64,000 nt of DNA from an uncultured Haliea sp. GTDB lineage: Bacteria > Pseudomonadota > Gammaproteobacteria > Pseudomonadales > Halieaceae. This document shows positions 9,336 through 19,026 of the stretch, piece after piece. The stretch lies in assembly GCA_963977485.1 (NCBI GenBank), contig CAXBOW010000020.1, positions 151 to 64,150 on the forward strand, in the 5' to 3' direction. The position numbers and the translations under genes were made by a program. Positions within the stretch are counted from its first letter, which is position 1; every line of letters starts with the position of its first letter. A model generated the notes under the pieces. The model made no database searches and was not told the origin of the DNA. It worked only from the letters and a program-made list of their open reading frames with translations.

Positions 9336-10688
9336 ATGAAAGCCTTAGTTACCTTCTTTACGCACTTGATGCACAGGTACATGCCAGATGCGTTTGTTAT
9401 TGCGATTGCCCTGACTCTGGTTACCGTTGGGCTGGCAGTAGTGGCTGAAGGCGTTTCCGTTGCTGAATCTGTCCTGCTTTGGGGAGATGGATTCTGGTCA
9501 CTGTTATCTTTTGCCATGCAGATGGCTATCATCCTGGTGTCCGGGTACGTATTGGCAAAAACGCCGTTGATGGATCGCTTGCTGGATCGTATCACCAGCA
9601 AGGTAACCTCCCCTCGCAAAGCGATAATCATTGCGACTTTGGCGGGCGTTGTAGGCTGCTGGTTTAACTGGGGATTCGGTTTGATTGTGGGCAGTGTAGT
9701 CGCTCGCAAGCTTGCCATTAACGTCAAGGGCCTGCACTTTCCATTGGCTATTGCTGCTGCGTATTCTGGCTTGTCCGTCTACGGTATAGGCATGTCCGGC
9801 ACTGTCCCTCTGTTGATTGCAACTGACGGGCACTTCCTGGAAGGCCTTATGGGTGTTGTGCCTCTGACAGAGACTATTTTCTCTCCAATACTGCTCGGTA
9901 CATCGCTTTTTGTGCTGATTACGTTGCCCATCTTTAATGCACTGATGCACCCATCTGATTCAGAGCATGTCCGTGAAATTGATCGAACTGAAGTTGCGCG
10001 CAAGAAGGTTGAGGATGATGCCAGGAAGGCAAGCCAGCCTGTTCATGAGAACAAAACTTTCTCCCAAAAGATGAATGACAGCCGTTTTTTCGGGATTGCC
10101 ATCGGCTTGCTGGGGATGCTTTATTTGTTTCTGTATATAAAGAATGGCGGCTCACTGAATCTAAATAGCCTGAACTTTGCTTTCCTGTTCCTTGCCATCC
10201 TCTTGTTTACAAGAGTCTCAGCGTTTCTTGAAGCTCTGAATGACGGCATCAGGACAGTCTCTGGGGTTATCATCCAGTACCCATTCTATGCTGGCATTAT
10301 GGGAATTCTCGTGGGCTCTGGCTTGATGGTTTCTTTCTCTGATGTCTTTGTTCGTACTGCATCAGCTGAATCACTGCCTTTTTGGGCCTTCTTCAGTGGT
10401 GGCCTGATTAATATTTTGGCGCCTTCAGGTGGCGGCCAGTGGGCTGTTCAGGGCCCGGTGATGATGGAGGCTGCCAAAGAGTTAGGTGCTTCATATGGCG
10501 CTACAGCACTAGCCGTGCAGATTGGTGACCAATGGACGAATATGGTTCAGCCTTTCTGGCTACTGCCAGCGTTGGCCATTTCTGGACTCAAGCTTCGTGA
10601 AATTATGGGCTATCTGGTGCTGATACTGGGCTATCTGGGCGCGGTTTTTGGCGCCGCCGTCCTGATTTGGGGCTACATGGCAGCATGA
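9336..10688 (+). CDS. atoE: Short-chain fatty acid transporter, AtoE family
   Basis: 450 aa. It shares WGDGFW, MQMAIILVSGY, QYPFYAGI, APSGGGQW.VQGP and GDQWTNM.QPFW..PALAISGL..R.IMGY blocks with E. coli AtoE. Confidence 0.85.
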   Translation: MKALVTFFTHLMHRYMPDAFVIAIALTLVTVGLAVVAEGVSVAESVLLWGDGFWSLLSFAMQMAIILVSGYVLAKTPLMDRLLDRITSKVTSPRKAIIIATLAGVVGCWFNWGFGLIVGSVVARKLAINVKGLHFPLAIAAAYSGLSVYGIGMSGTVPLLIATDGHFLEGLMGVVPLTETIFSPILLGTSLFVLITLPIFNALMHPSDSEHVREIDRTEVARKKVEDDARKASQPVHENKTFSQKMNDSRFFGIAIGLLGMLYLFLYIKNGGSLNLNSLNFAFLFLAILLFTRVSAFLEALNDGIRTVSGVIIQYPFYAGIMGILVGSGLMVSFSDVFVRTASAESLPFWAFFSGGLINILAPSGGGQWAVQGPVMMEAAKELGASYGATALAVQIGDQWTNMVQPFWLLPALAISGLKLREIMGYLVLILGYLGAVFGAAVLIWGYMAA

Positions 10689-10737
10689 TGTTCTATTCGA
10701 GAGGTTTTAAATCCGATCACGTCAAGGGGGCTTATCT

Positions 10738-12333
10738 GTGAGCAATAGTGAACACCTCTACAGCTTGGTAGAAACCAACCTCCGCAGTAACCCGGGGTCA
10801 GTCATCTTTGTAGAAGATGGTCAGAAAACAAGCTTCCAGCAGTTTGACCAACTCTGCAAACAAAAGGAACAGTGGCTTCGTAGTCAAGGTATTCGCCATG
10901 GAGACACAGTCGCGATCTGGCTGGTGAACAGCAGTCAATGGCTGGCCTTTTATTTTGCGCTGGCTCGAATAGGGGCCACTTTGGCGCCGTTGAATACACG
11001 TTTTAAAAGCCACGAAATCGGTTATCTGATCAACAAGTCCCAGCCCCGGCTGCTGATTATGCAGGATCAGTTCCGGAAGATTGATTTTACCGATATCCTT
11101 CTGAACGTAGGGCGGGATGAAGTAGGCTCTCTGGAAAAAATAGCTTACGTGGATGCCAGTGAAACCCTGCCAGAAGCGTTACATGGTATTCCAGTGATAA
11201 GCACGGATACTTCTGGTAACAAGAGTTCCCCGGAAGACCGGCCGGATGAGAATGGGGTCTCTATCTTATTCTCCACCTCTGGTACTACCAGTGGCCCAAA
11301 GCTGGTCATGCAAACCCAAGCAAACCTGGTGCGACACGCCCATTATTGCGCACAAAGCTACGGTATGACTGAGCCCGAGTCTGCGTTGCTGTCTGTGCTC
11401 CCTTTCTGCGGCGCTTTTGGTCTGAATGCGGTGTTGGCGGCCATAGCGGCAGGTTGCCCTACCATAATGATGGCAGCGTTTGATGGCCCAGAGGCAGCGT
11501 CATTGATACAAAAATACAACGTGAGCCATGTTTACGGCAGTGACGAACTGTACCGGAAGCTGATTGATGCCGCAGACGGAGACAAGCCCTTCCCCAGCGC
11601 TCGCTTGTTCGGTTTTGGGGCGTTTACTTCCAGTTTTAATGAATACGCGAAGGCAGCCTGGGAGCGAGGCATCCCACTGTGCGGCCTCTATGGGTCCAGT
11701 GAAGTTATGGCAATTTTTACCGCTCAGACAGGTGACCTGCCGGTACAGGAGAAAATCCGCGGCGGTGGTGTCCCGGCGGCGCAACATCGAGTGCAACTGC
11801 GCATCAGGGATATTGCCTCCGGCAAGTTGCTGCCCTCCGGCGACGTTGGAGAAATCGAGATCAAGGGCCCCTCCAATTTTATTGGCTACCTGAACAACCC
11901 GGAAGCCACAGCAAATGCATTAACGGATGATGGTTTCTACCGTACTGGTGACCTGGGGTATCTGCGACAAGATGGCTCCCTGGTATACGAATCGCGTATG
12001 GGCGATGCCATTCGTCTGGGAGGCTTTCTGATTAGCCCCTCAGAAATAGAAGCTGTGCTGAAAGACGTGCCCGGTGTTGAAGATGCATACATTGTTGGCA
12101 TTGAAATTGACGGTAAATCCCGTGTAGTCGCTTTTGTTCAGGATGATGGTAGCGCCACCCTGAGCGAACAACAGATTATCGATATCTCCAAGCTACACCT
12201 GGCGGCTTTCAAAGTGCCTTACAGAGTGTGGTTTGTAGATGATTATCCGGTTACAAAAAGCTCTAATGGACTCAAAGTGCAGCGCGGCAAGCTTCGTGCG
12301 CTGGCTCAAGAAAACCTGGGTGGAGAAGAATAA
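10738..12333 (+). CDS. AMP-forming acyl-CoA ligase (paralogue of 30672-32270)
   Basis: 531 aa with a GTG start and AAGGGGG 7 nt upstream. Motifs FSTSGTTSGPKL, YGSSE and YRTGDLGYLRQDG. It shares FRKIDF and WLVN blocks with the ligase at 30672. Confidence 0.9.
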   Translation: MSNSEHLYSLVETNLRSNPGSVIFVEDGQKTSFQQFDQLCKQKEQWLRSQGIRHGDTVAIWLVNSSQWLAFYFALARIGATLAPLNTRFKSHEIGYLINKSQPRLLIMQDQFRKIDFTDILLNVGRDEVGSLEKIAYVDASETLPEALHGIPVISTDTSGNKSSPEDRPDENGVSILFSTSGTTSGPKLVMQTQANLVRHAHYCAQSYGMTEPESALLSVLPFCGAFGLNAVLAAIAAGCPTIMMAAFDGPEAASLIQKYNVSHVYGSDELYRKLIDAADGDKPFPSARLFGFGAFTSSFNEYAKAAWERGIPLCGLYGSSEVMAIFTAQTGDLPVQEKIRGGGVPAAQHRVQLRIRDIASGKLLPSGDVGEIEIKGPSNFIGYLNNPEATANALTDDGFYRTGDLGYLRQDGSLVYESRMGDAIRLGGFLISPSEIEAVLKDVPGVEDAYIVGIEIDGKSRVVAFVQDDGSATLSEQQIIDISKLHLAAFKVPYRVWFVDDYPVTKSSNGLKVQRGKLRALAQENLGGEE

Positions 12334-12335
12334 CG

Positions 12336-12788
12336 ATGGATCATTCCCTGTATTTCGAAGATCTTGTGGTCGGGCAAAGTTTTGAAAGCACCGCCCGAAC
12401 TATTACTGAAACGGACATGACCTTTTTTTCCATGCTTTCTGGTGACTGGAACCCCATTCATTGTGATAAGCAGTTTTCAGAGAATACCCGGTTTGGCGAG
12501 CGTCTGGTCCACGGAGCCTTTGGTATAGCTGTTGCTACTGGAATGATGCATGCCTTGGGTATTTTCGAGAAGTCTGCCGTAGCGATGATGTCCATCAGTG
12601 ACTGGAAGTTTCTGAAACCGATCACCATCGGAATGACTCTCCGGCTACGTCTTACCATCCTCCAAGCTGAAGCCGGAGAGAGTAAGCGGGTTGGTCGCGT
12701 TGACCGGCGTCTAGAGCTGATAAACCAGAACGGCGAAGTTGTTCAGAGTGGCGAATCCGATATGTTGATCCTGAAGAAGTCGGCCTGA
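12336..12788 (+). CDS. MaoC-like (R)-specific enoyl-CoA hydratase/dehydratase (single hotdog)
   Basis: 150 aa with the hydratase-2 motif LSGDWNPIHCD. It starts 2 nt after the ligase stop. Confidence 0.9.
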   Translation: MDHSLYFEDLVVGQSFESTARTITETDMTFFSMLSGDWNPIHCDKQFSENTRFGERLVHGAFGIAVATGMMHALGIFEKSAVAMMSISDWKFLKPITIGMTLRLRLTILQAEAGESKRVGRVDRRLELINQNGEVVQSGESDMLILKKSA

Positions 12789-12826
12789 TTTCGGTTTGTC
12801 CCATCTGCTAATAGTTTGGAGGAAGC

Positions 12827-13801
12827 ATGAGTAATAGAATTCCAGAGGCACTGCAAAACCTTACCCTGCCAGTCATCTCGTCTCCGATGTTTACCGTCAG
12901 CTATCCGGAGCTGGTTTTGGCTCAATGTAAGGCGGGCATCGTCGGCTCCTTTCCGGCATTGAACGCCCGGCAGCCAGAATTGCTGGATGAATGGCTGACG
13001 ATGATGAATGAGGAACTGGGCGCTTTTAAAGTGTCGAATCCTGATAAGCGGGTTGGGCCCATTGCAGTCAACCAGATTTCCCATTCGTCAAACGTGCGTC
13101 TGGAGCAGGATGTGGCAACCTGTGTTAAACATAAGGTGCCCATTATCATCTCCTCTCTGCGAGCTCCGGTTAAGGAAATCGTGGACGAAGTGCACAGCTA
13201 TGGCGGCATTATCTTGCATGATGTTATTAACTTGCGGCATGCGATGAAAGCATTGGAAGCTGGTGTTGATGGCTTGATACTAGTGGCGGCCGGGGCCGGT
13301 GGTCACGCGGGTACCCTGTCACCATTCGCTTTGTTAGGCGAAATTCGGCGTCACTTTGACGGCCCGCTGGCGTTGGCAGGTTCAATTGCCACGGGAAGCT
13401 CAGTGCTGGCAGCAGAAGTTATGGGCGCTGATTTTGCTTACGTGGGAACTCGTTTTATTGCCTCTCTGGAAGCCAATGCAACAGAAGAATATAAGGAGTG
13501 TATTGTTCAGTCGGGTGCGTCTGATGTTATTTACAGTAACTATTTTTCCGGCGTCCACGGCAATTATCTTAAAGAAAGTGTTCGTCGTACGGGCCTGGAT
13601 CCAGACAATCTACCCGTGGGCGATAAAAGCACGATGAGTTTTAAAGACGGACGCTCTAAAGCCAAGGCTTGGAAGGATATCTGGGGGGCAGGGCAAGGAG
13701 TAACCATGATAAACGATTTGCCACCAGCGGGAGAGATCGTGTCTCGAATGAAGGCTGAATATGATGCTGCGATCGACAAGCTTTGCAGCAGGCGTAGGTA
13801 G
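12827..13801 (+). CDS. NMO-family FMN oxidoreductase (nitronate monooxygenase / 2-nitropropane dioxygenase family; may act as an enoyl reductase)
   Basis: 324 aa with LPVISSPMF, KAGIVGSFPALN, AAGAGGHAG and YVGTRFIA. About 63% identical by hand count over 100 aligned residues to 51384-52352. Confidence 0.85.
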   Translation: MSNRIPEALQNLTLPVISSPMFTVSYPELVLAQCKAGIVGSFPALNARQPELLDEWLTMMNEELGAFKVSNPDKRVGPIAVNQISHSSNVRLEQDVATCVKHKVPIIISSLRAPVKEIVDEVHSYGGIILHDVINLRHAMKALEAGVDGLILVAAGAGGHAGTLSPFALLGEIRRHFDGPLALAGSIATGSSVLAAEVMGADFAYVGTRFIASLEANATEEYKECIVQSGASDVIYSNYFSGVHGNYLKESVRRTGLDPDNLPVGDKSTMSFKDGRSKAKAWKDIWGAGQGVTMINDLPPAGEIVSRMKAEYDAAIDKLCSRRR

Positions 13802-13936
13802 AAACCTACGCTGACAGGAAGAAGTGTTGATTCAGTATCTTCTCCGGGCATTGGCGGAGCTTTACAATACTCAATCGCGGTCCTGGGTGAGCCGTTCGTT
13901 ATGCTCATCAAGCCCGATTGAGCCTTAACAAGTTAA

Positions 13937-14080
13937 TCATAACCCGGGTAGCTGGCCATCGGACACCGCATCCGGCTCTGTCAAGGCAAAGGAGCCAATC
14001 AGTTCACCTGTTGCCAGCTTGGCAAGTATTTCTCTTTCTGCTCCGGAGTACCGTCTAAAACGATTCCCTGCGACCCTATG
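13937..14080 (-). pseudogene. Remnant of an acyl-CoA dehydrogenase gene (about 45 codons of the middle domain)
   Basis: The minus-strand frame reads ...RRYSGAEREILAKLATGELIGSFALTEPDAVSDGQLPGL*. This matches the conserved ACAD block G.eeQk..yLp.la.Ge.ig.fa.TEP.aGSD. There is no N- or C-terminal domain on either side. Confidence 0.5.
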
Positions 14081-14123
14081 CCAACATTTGTACCGAACAT
14101 TGAGCGGAAAACCGTTTCCTGAA

Positions 14124-15161
14124 TTATCTCGGGCGTTGCGCCAATTTCGACTTCTGACTTTCAACAATGTGATACCAACAAACGCCCTCAGAATCGGTCA
14201 CAAAATCTACTTCTGCACGTTCCACAAGATAATTCAGGCAGGCGAGCGCCTCTCCGGTCGCCAGATTAAAAATCATAAAATTCTCTTCGCTCAGATCACG
14301 ACCAAACAGCACCGGGAACAAATCAATCACCCTCTTTGGTTCGATTGCCAGAGCTTCCCTTAAGCGAACCAGGGCCCTCTCCTGGTCTGCGAGCAAGGCA
14401 TTAATCCGGCCATGCAAACCTTTAAAACAGTGCTGATGTGCTGGCAACACCAACACATCGTCAGGAATTTCCAATTTCAATTTGCGGAGCGATGCCAGCC
14501 AGTCAGCCATCGGGTTCGCCGTAGGTTCCATAGGCGTCACTGACACATTGGAGGAAATACCAGGCAACACCTGATCGCCGGATATCAGTAATTTGCTCTC
14601 TTCGCAATACAGGCAGGCGTGCTCCGGAGAGTGACCATTACCGGTGACAACCCGCCAGCGGTGTCCACCGATGACATGAAACTGCCCTTCCTCCAAGCGC
14701 TGATAACTGCGGGGCAATCGCGAAATCCGCCTGCCATAATTGTGATAGTGATCGTAATAACCGTCTATTGCCGCGTCAGGCCAGCCCGCCGCGCGGTGAA
14801 AGGCAGTAAAGTCCTCGGGTACGGTTTCGTCATGAGATTGCCCCACCATTACCCGGCATGTCAGGTACTCCATGCGAGTCATCCAGAATTCGTCTGCACC
14901 ACGTTCCATCAGCCAGCCGGCCATGCCCACGTGATCCGGATGCAAGTGGGTCACAAATACTCGCCGTATAGGCATCCCCTCTGGCAGAGATGCCAATAAA
15001 GACGTCCAGGCTGCCTCTGCATCAGCGGTATACATACCGGTATCAAGCACGGAAAAGCCGTCATCCTCGCGAAATAGCCAGATATTAATATGATTCAATT
15101 TTCCCGGCAGAGGCATGCGGGACCAAAACACATTCTGCGCTACCTCAACCAGCTCGGCCAT
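14124..15161 (-). CDS. MBL-fold metallo-hydrolase (345 aa) with a C-terminal helical extension
   Basis: Contains VFVTHLHPDHVGMAGW (HxHxDH). The track ORF extends to 15287 but that part overlaps the ligase 3' end. I chose ATG 15161 (MAELVEVAQNVFW...). Confidence 0.85.
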   Translation of the reverse strand: MAELVEVAQNVFWSRMPLPGKLNHINIWLFREDDGFSVLDTGMYTADAEAAWTSLLASLPEGMPIRRVFVTHLHPDHVGMAGWLMERGADEFWMTRMEYLTCRVMVGQSHDETVPEDFTAFHRAAGWPDAAIDGYYDHYHNYGRRISRLPRSYQRLEEGQFHVIGGHRWRVVTGNGHSPEHACLYCEESKLLISGDQVLPGISSNVSVTPMEPTANPMADWLASLRKLKLEIPDDVLVLPAHQHCFKGLHGRINALLADQERALVRLREALAIEPKRVIDLFPVLFGRDLSEENFMIFNLATGEALACLNYLVERAEVDFVTDSEGVCWYHIVESQKSKLAQRPR

Positions 15162-15201
15162 CTCAGGCGCGCTGGCAACAAGCTCCGGGTTAACGCCGGT
15201 A

Positions 15202-16878
15202 TCAGGCAAAGTTCGAGCCCTCCATGCGTGCCTCTTCCTGCAACTGGCGCCACATGATTTTTCCGGTGCCGGATTTAGGCAGCTCATCCAGAATCGAAAC
15301 GGCTGCCGGCACTTTATAAGCAGCCATATGCTTTTTGCACCATTCGATAATATCGTCTTCGGTAAGGCCTGCCGGCGCAGTCGGCTTCAAGACAACCATC
15401 GCCTTGGCCGCTTCACCCCGCTTCGAGTCTGGCACGGCAATGATGCAGGCTTCGTGAATATCGGGATGGCCATACATGATACTCTCTACTTCTGCCGGCC
15501 AGACCTTGTAGCCAGAAGCGTTAATCATCCGCTTGAGCCGGTCGACCATGAAAAAATAACCCTCCTCATCCATGTACCCCAGGTCGCCTGTGCGAAGGAA
15601 GCGTTTGCCGTCGCGTTTCAGAAAGCTATCGGCCGTGGCTTTCGGATTGTTCCAGTACTCCAGCATCACCTGTGGGCCCTGCAGGATTATTTCGCCGGTT
15701 TCGCCCGGAGGAAGCTCTTCCCTGGTAGCCGGGTCGACAATACGGGCATCAACCCCGAAGCTGGCAATACCCAGGCACTGGCGCTTGCCTCTTTCGATAG
15801 GATTTCCAAGAATGAAGGCAGCTGTTTCAGTCAGGCCATAAGCCTCGTTGTAGACAATGCTGAACTCTTCAGCGAGCTTCCGGGATATGGCTTCAGGCAT
15901 TGCTGCACCACCACCCATAAGCTTGATAAGGCTGGAAATGTCATGATTGCCCAAGTCCGGATTCGAGAAAAAATCGACAATCATGGAGGGAGGGGCGCTC
16001 CACAGACTGACACGATGACGCTCGATCAACTTCATCGCCACATCTCGATCCCAGCGCTGCATAAGCACCGAGGTTGCACCGTTTAAGATGGGCCCGTTCA
16101 TGCCACCTTGCATCCCCAGAAAATGAAATAGCGGGGCAATCGACAATACCGAGAATGCCGGCGAACCGCCGCGCCAGACAGCAGAAGCGGCGGCTGCTGC
16201 CATCACTGTACTATGGGAATGAACACAGCCCTTGGGGTGACCTGTGGTACCGGAGGTGTAGCCGATCACGCACAAGTCGTCGTGCTTTCCGGTAAACGTT
16301 GCCGGAGTGAGGTTGCGATCAAGTGCATCCCGCCAAAGGGTAACGCCCCGGCCGCGTTGCTCTTGCGCTGGTTCAGTTACTGCTGCAGGCACCACAAGGT
16401 CGGTCGCGTCAGTCAGGTATTCTGAATAGGAGTGAACAACCAGGTGATCAAGACCACCTGATTCCAACAATGGTTGCGCGTTGTTATACAACTCCTGGGC
16501 CACCAGTGCGGTACGAGCTCCACTATCAGTCACACAGTATTGAAGTTCATCGACCAGATTCATCGGGTTAACAGGAACCACCACAGCTTGGGCGCGGAGA
16601 ATGGCGTAGTAGCCAATGACATACTGAGGAGAGTTCTGCGAATACAAGACAACCCGGTCACCGGGGCGAACGCCACACTCCTGCTGCAAATGCCCCGCAA
16701 GCGCCTGAACCTGCTGGTAAAGTTCGGAATAACTGAGCACAGAGTCGTAGAAAACAAGCGCCGGCTTATCTGGATACCGGGTTGCCGCCACCTCCAGATT
16801 GTAATAAAGGCTTGTTCTGGGCAGGTCCAGCGTTCGTGGTAATCCCTTAGGCCAGTAGCCACCCTGTTTCGCTTTCAT
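15202..16878 (-). CDS. AMP-forming (long/medium-chain type) acyl-CoA ligase
   Basis: 558 aa with YTSGTTGHPKG, AYGLTET, LRTGDLGYMDEEGY and SGYKVWPAEVE. Confidence 0.9.
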   Translation of the reverse strand: MKAKQGGYWPKGLPRTLDLPRTSLYYNLEVAATRYPDKPALVFYDSVLSYSELYQQVQALAGHLQQECGVRPGDRVVLYSQNSPQYVIGYYAILRAQAVVVPVNPMNLVDELQYCVTDSGARTALVAQELYNNAQPLLESGGLDHLVVHSYSEYLTDATDLVVPAAVTEPAQEQRGRGVTLWRDALDRNLTPATFTGKHDDLCVIGYTSGTTGHPKGCVHSHSTVMAAAAASAVWRGGSPAFSVLSIAPLFHFLGMQGGMNGPILNGATSVLMQRWDRDVAMKLIERHRVSLWSAPPSMIVDFFSNPDLGNHDISSLIKLMGGGAAMPEAISRKLAEEFSIVYNEAYGLTETAAFILGNPIERGKRQCLGIASFGVDARIVDPATREELPPGETGEIILQGPQVMLEYWNNPKATADSFLKRDGKRFLRTGDLGYMDEEGYFFMVDRLKRMINASGYKVWPAEVESIMYGHPDIHEACIIAVPDSKRGEAAKAMVVLKPTAPAGLTEDDIIEWCKKHMAAYKVPAAVSILDELPKSGTGKIMWRQLQEEARMEGSNFA

Positions 16879-16952
16879 GATTTTCTCTCCCTCGCCTGAT
16901 TTTTTTTGAAATTGTTATTGTTCTGGCCACTCAGGAATTGACGCACGCAGAC

Positions 16953-17768
16953 TTAGCCGGCGCGATCAATAATAGTTCTGGCCATTGCGATCACTGGAGC
17001 GTCAACCATCTGCCCCTCAACTTTGAACGCCGCACCACCTGACTTGGCGGCCGCCATAATCTTACGGGCCCACTCCACTTGCTCAGGATCCGGAGAAAAA
17101 CCGGCCTGCACGGGCCCAATCTGCTTCGGATGGATACACAGCATGCCTGCAAAACCCATGTTCCGAGCCCAGCGTGCCCGCCCGAGAACCGCCTTTTCAT
17201 CATCGAAAACCGGGAAAACAGTATCGATGGGCGCCATTAAACCGGCCGCGCGCGAGCTGACCAGAAGCTGATAGCGGCAATGGTTAATAACAGCCTCCGC
17301 TCCCTCGGTATTGCCTTCAATACCGAGGTTATCACTGAGATCCAGGCCGCCATAACTCAGCCGCTCGACCCCAGGCGCTGCGGCAATTTCGTTGAGGGCA
17401 ATCAGGCCGCGAGCTGATTCGATCAGCGGAATAATGGCCTTACCAGAACTGGCCACGGCGTTAATGTCACTCGCCGATTCGGCTTTTGGCAATACAATGC
17501 CGGTTACCTTCGCATGGCGTTTACACAACGCCAGGTCTGCGTCGAAGCCCGCAGTCCCTCGGGCGTTGATACGCACGTATATCGGAGCACCCTCATGGGC
17601 AGCAAGAAAAGCATCCAAAGCCTCACGGGCGGAATCCTTGGCATCCGCTGGCACGGCATCCTCCAGATCCACGATCACGGCTCCGGCGCCACTGGCGATC
17701 GCCTTGGGAATGCGGTCTGGTCGAGAGGCCGGCACAAAGAGCATGGTTTTCAAATCTCTGCCTGTCAT
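16953..17768 (-). CDS. HpcH/HpaI aldolase - citrate lyase beta (CitE)-like acyl-CoA lyase (citramalyl-/malyl-CoA lyase type)
   Basis: 271 aa with MLFVPASRPDRIPKAIASGAGAVIVDLEDAV, the typical N-terminus of the CitE family. Confidence 0.85.
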   Translation of the reverse strand: MTGRDLKTMLFVPASRPDRIPKAIASGAGAVIVDLEDAVPADAKDSAREALDAFLAAHEGAPIYVRINARGTAGFDADLALCKRHAKVTGIVLPKAESASDINAVASSGKAIIPLIESARGLIALNEIAAAPGVERLSYGGLDLSDNLGIEGNTEGAEAVINHCRYQLLVSSRAAGLMAPIDTVFPVFDDEKAVLGRARWARNMGFAGMLCIHPKQIGPVQAGFSPDPEQVEWARKIMAAAKSGGAAFKVEGQMVDAPVIAMARTIIDRAG

Positions 17769-17801
17769 GGTCAGGTTCCTGTTATCTCTATTGCGTTAAT
17801 G

Positions 17802-19001
17802 TCAGATCACACCGTTATTTGTTAACTGGTCGATCCGATTCCGGTCAAAGCCGAGCTGCTCCAGAATAAGGGTGCTGTGTTCGCCCAGTGCAGGCACGGC
17901 AGAAACCGCATCGGGAAACCACAGTCCGGGCGCCCTCAGAGCTGGCAACGGCCCCGCCGGCGTTGCCACTTCCAGCCAACGGTTACGGGCAGCCAATTGC
18001 GGATGCTGCCAGACCTGCTCCATGTTATTGACCGACGCATTGGCAATACCCGCCGCATCCAGGCGACGCACTACTTCGTCCAGCGTCATCCCGGAAAAGA
18101 CCTCTCTGATGAGTGCTCCCAGCTGAGCCCGGTTCGCCGATCGCCGAGAGTTATCAAGGTAACGCTGATCCTGAGCCAACTCCGGACGCTCCAGCACCTG
18201 TTCGCAAAAACCCCGCCATTCGCGGTCGTTCTGCAACCCCAGCATCACCGTTGTGCCATCCCCGACCGGGAAGGGGCCATAAGGGTAGATGGAGGCATGG
18301 GAGGCTCCCGTTCTGGCGGGAGGCGGCGCCCCGTCATAGCCGTAGTACATGGGGTAACCCATCCACTCCACCAGGCTCTCCAGCATGGACACATCAATGT
18401 GGCTGCCTTCGCCGGTTCGCCCCCGCAACAACAGCGCCGATAGAATGGCATTGCAGGCATACATTCCCGCGGCAATGTCCGCCACCGAACAGCCCGCCTT
18501 CGCCATACCATCTTCATCCGGTGTTCCGGTCACAGACAAAAAACCGCTCTCGCTCTGGATCAACAAGTCATAGGCTTTCTTGTCCCCATAGGGGCCACCC
18601 TGGCCATAACCTGAAACATCACAGACAATCAGCTTCGGATACTGTTCATGCAGCTCACCGAACGAAAGCCCCATGCGGGCTGTAGCGCCAGGTGCCAGGT
18701 TCTGCACCAGGACATCGGCTTCTGCCAGCAACCGATGAAGGATCTCCTGACCCTCCGTCGACTTCAGGTTCAGGGTCAGGCTTTCCTTGGAGCGGTTGGC
18801 CCATACAAAGTGGGAGGAAAACCCGTTCACTCTGTCGTCGTATGCCCGGGCGAAATCACCACCGTCAGGACGCTCAACCTTGATCACTCGCGCGCCCTGC
18901 TCCGCCAGCTGGCGGGTACATAGAGGCGCGGCAACGGCCTGTTCCAGCGAAACCACTGTCACCCCTTCCAGTGGGAGCGTCTTATTTTTGCTTGTTGTCA
19001 C
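17802..19001 (-). CDS. Family III CoA-transferase (CaiB/BaiF family)
   Basis: 399 aa with LEGVTVVSLEQAVAAPLCTRQLAEQGARVIKVERPDGGD, the canonical family III N-terminus. Confidence 0.9.
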   Translation of the reverse strand: MTTSKNKTLPLEGVTVVSLEQAVAAPLCTRQLAEQGARVIKVERPDGGDFARAYDDRVNGFSSHFVWANRSKESLTLNLKSTEGQEILHRLLAEADVLVQNLAPGATARMGLSFGELHEQYPKLIVCDVSGYGQGGPYGDKKAYDLLIQSESGFLSVTGTPDEDGMAKAGCSVADIAAGMYACNAILSALLLRGRTGEGSHIDVSMLESLVEWMGYPMYYGYDGAPPPARTGASHASIYPYGPFPVGDGTTVMLGLQNDREWRGFCEQVLERPELAQDQRYLDNSRRSANRAQLGALIREVFSGMTLDEVVRRLDAAGIANASVNNMEQVWQHPQLAARNRWLEVATPAGPLPALRAPGLWFPDAVSAVPALGEHSTLILEQLGFDRNRIDQLTNNGVI

Positions 19002-19026
19002 AACAACCCTCCCTCTGCTGCCTGTG

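Noticed and set aside
14124-15287. Extended N-termini offered by the ORF track (also 26846-27535, 30672-32327, 35571-36761, 42970-44379, 45809-47056, 47067-48227, 48175-49131, 58531-59205, 60445-61596, 21174 and 29693 starts)
   Set aside because: The extensions overlap the upstream gene or precede an obvious signal peptide or HTH start. Internal ATG, GTG or TTG codons with Shine-Dalgarno-like sequences give normal family lengths.
15115-16086. Long antisense ORFs inside confident genes (also 493-1056, 6658-7473, 17877-18443, 22349-23248, 27411-28067, 38135-38758, 41531-42304, 50159-50641, 53002-53481, 55678-56217, 63120-63770)
   Set aside because: Each lies fully within, and opposite to, a gene with clear family motifs. 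Their compositions are low-complexity and typical of off-frame reading of GC-rich coding DNA. Their extent is explained by the lack of stop codons rather than by coding.
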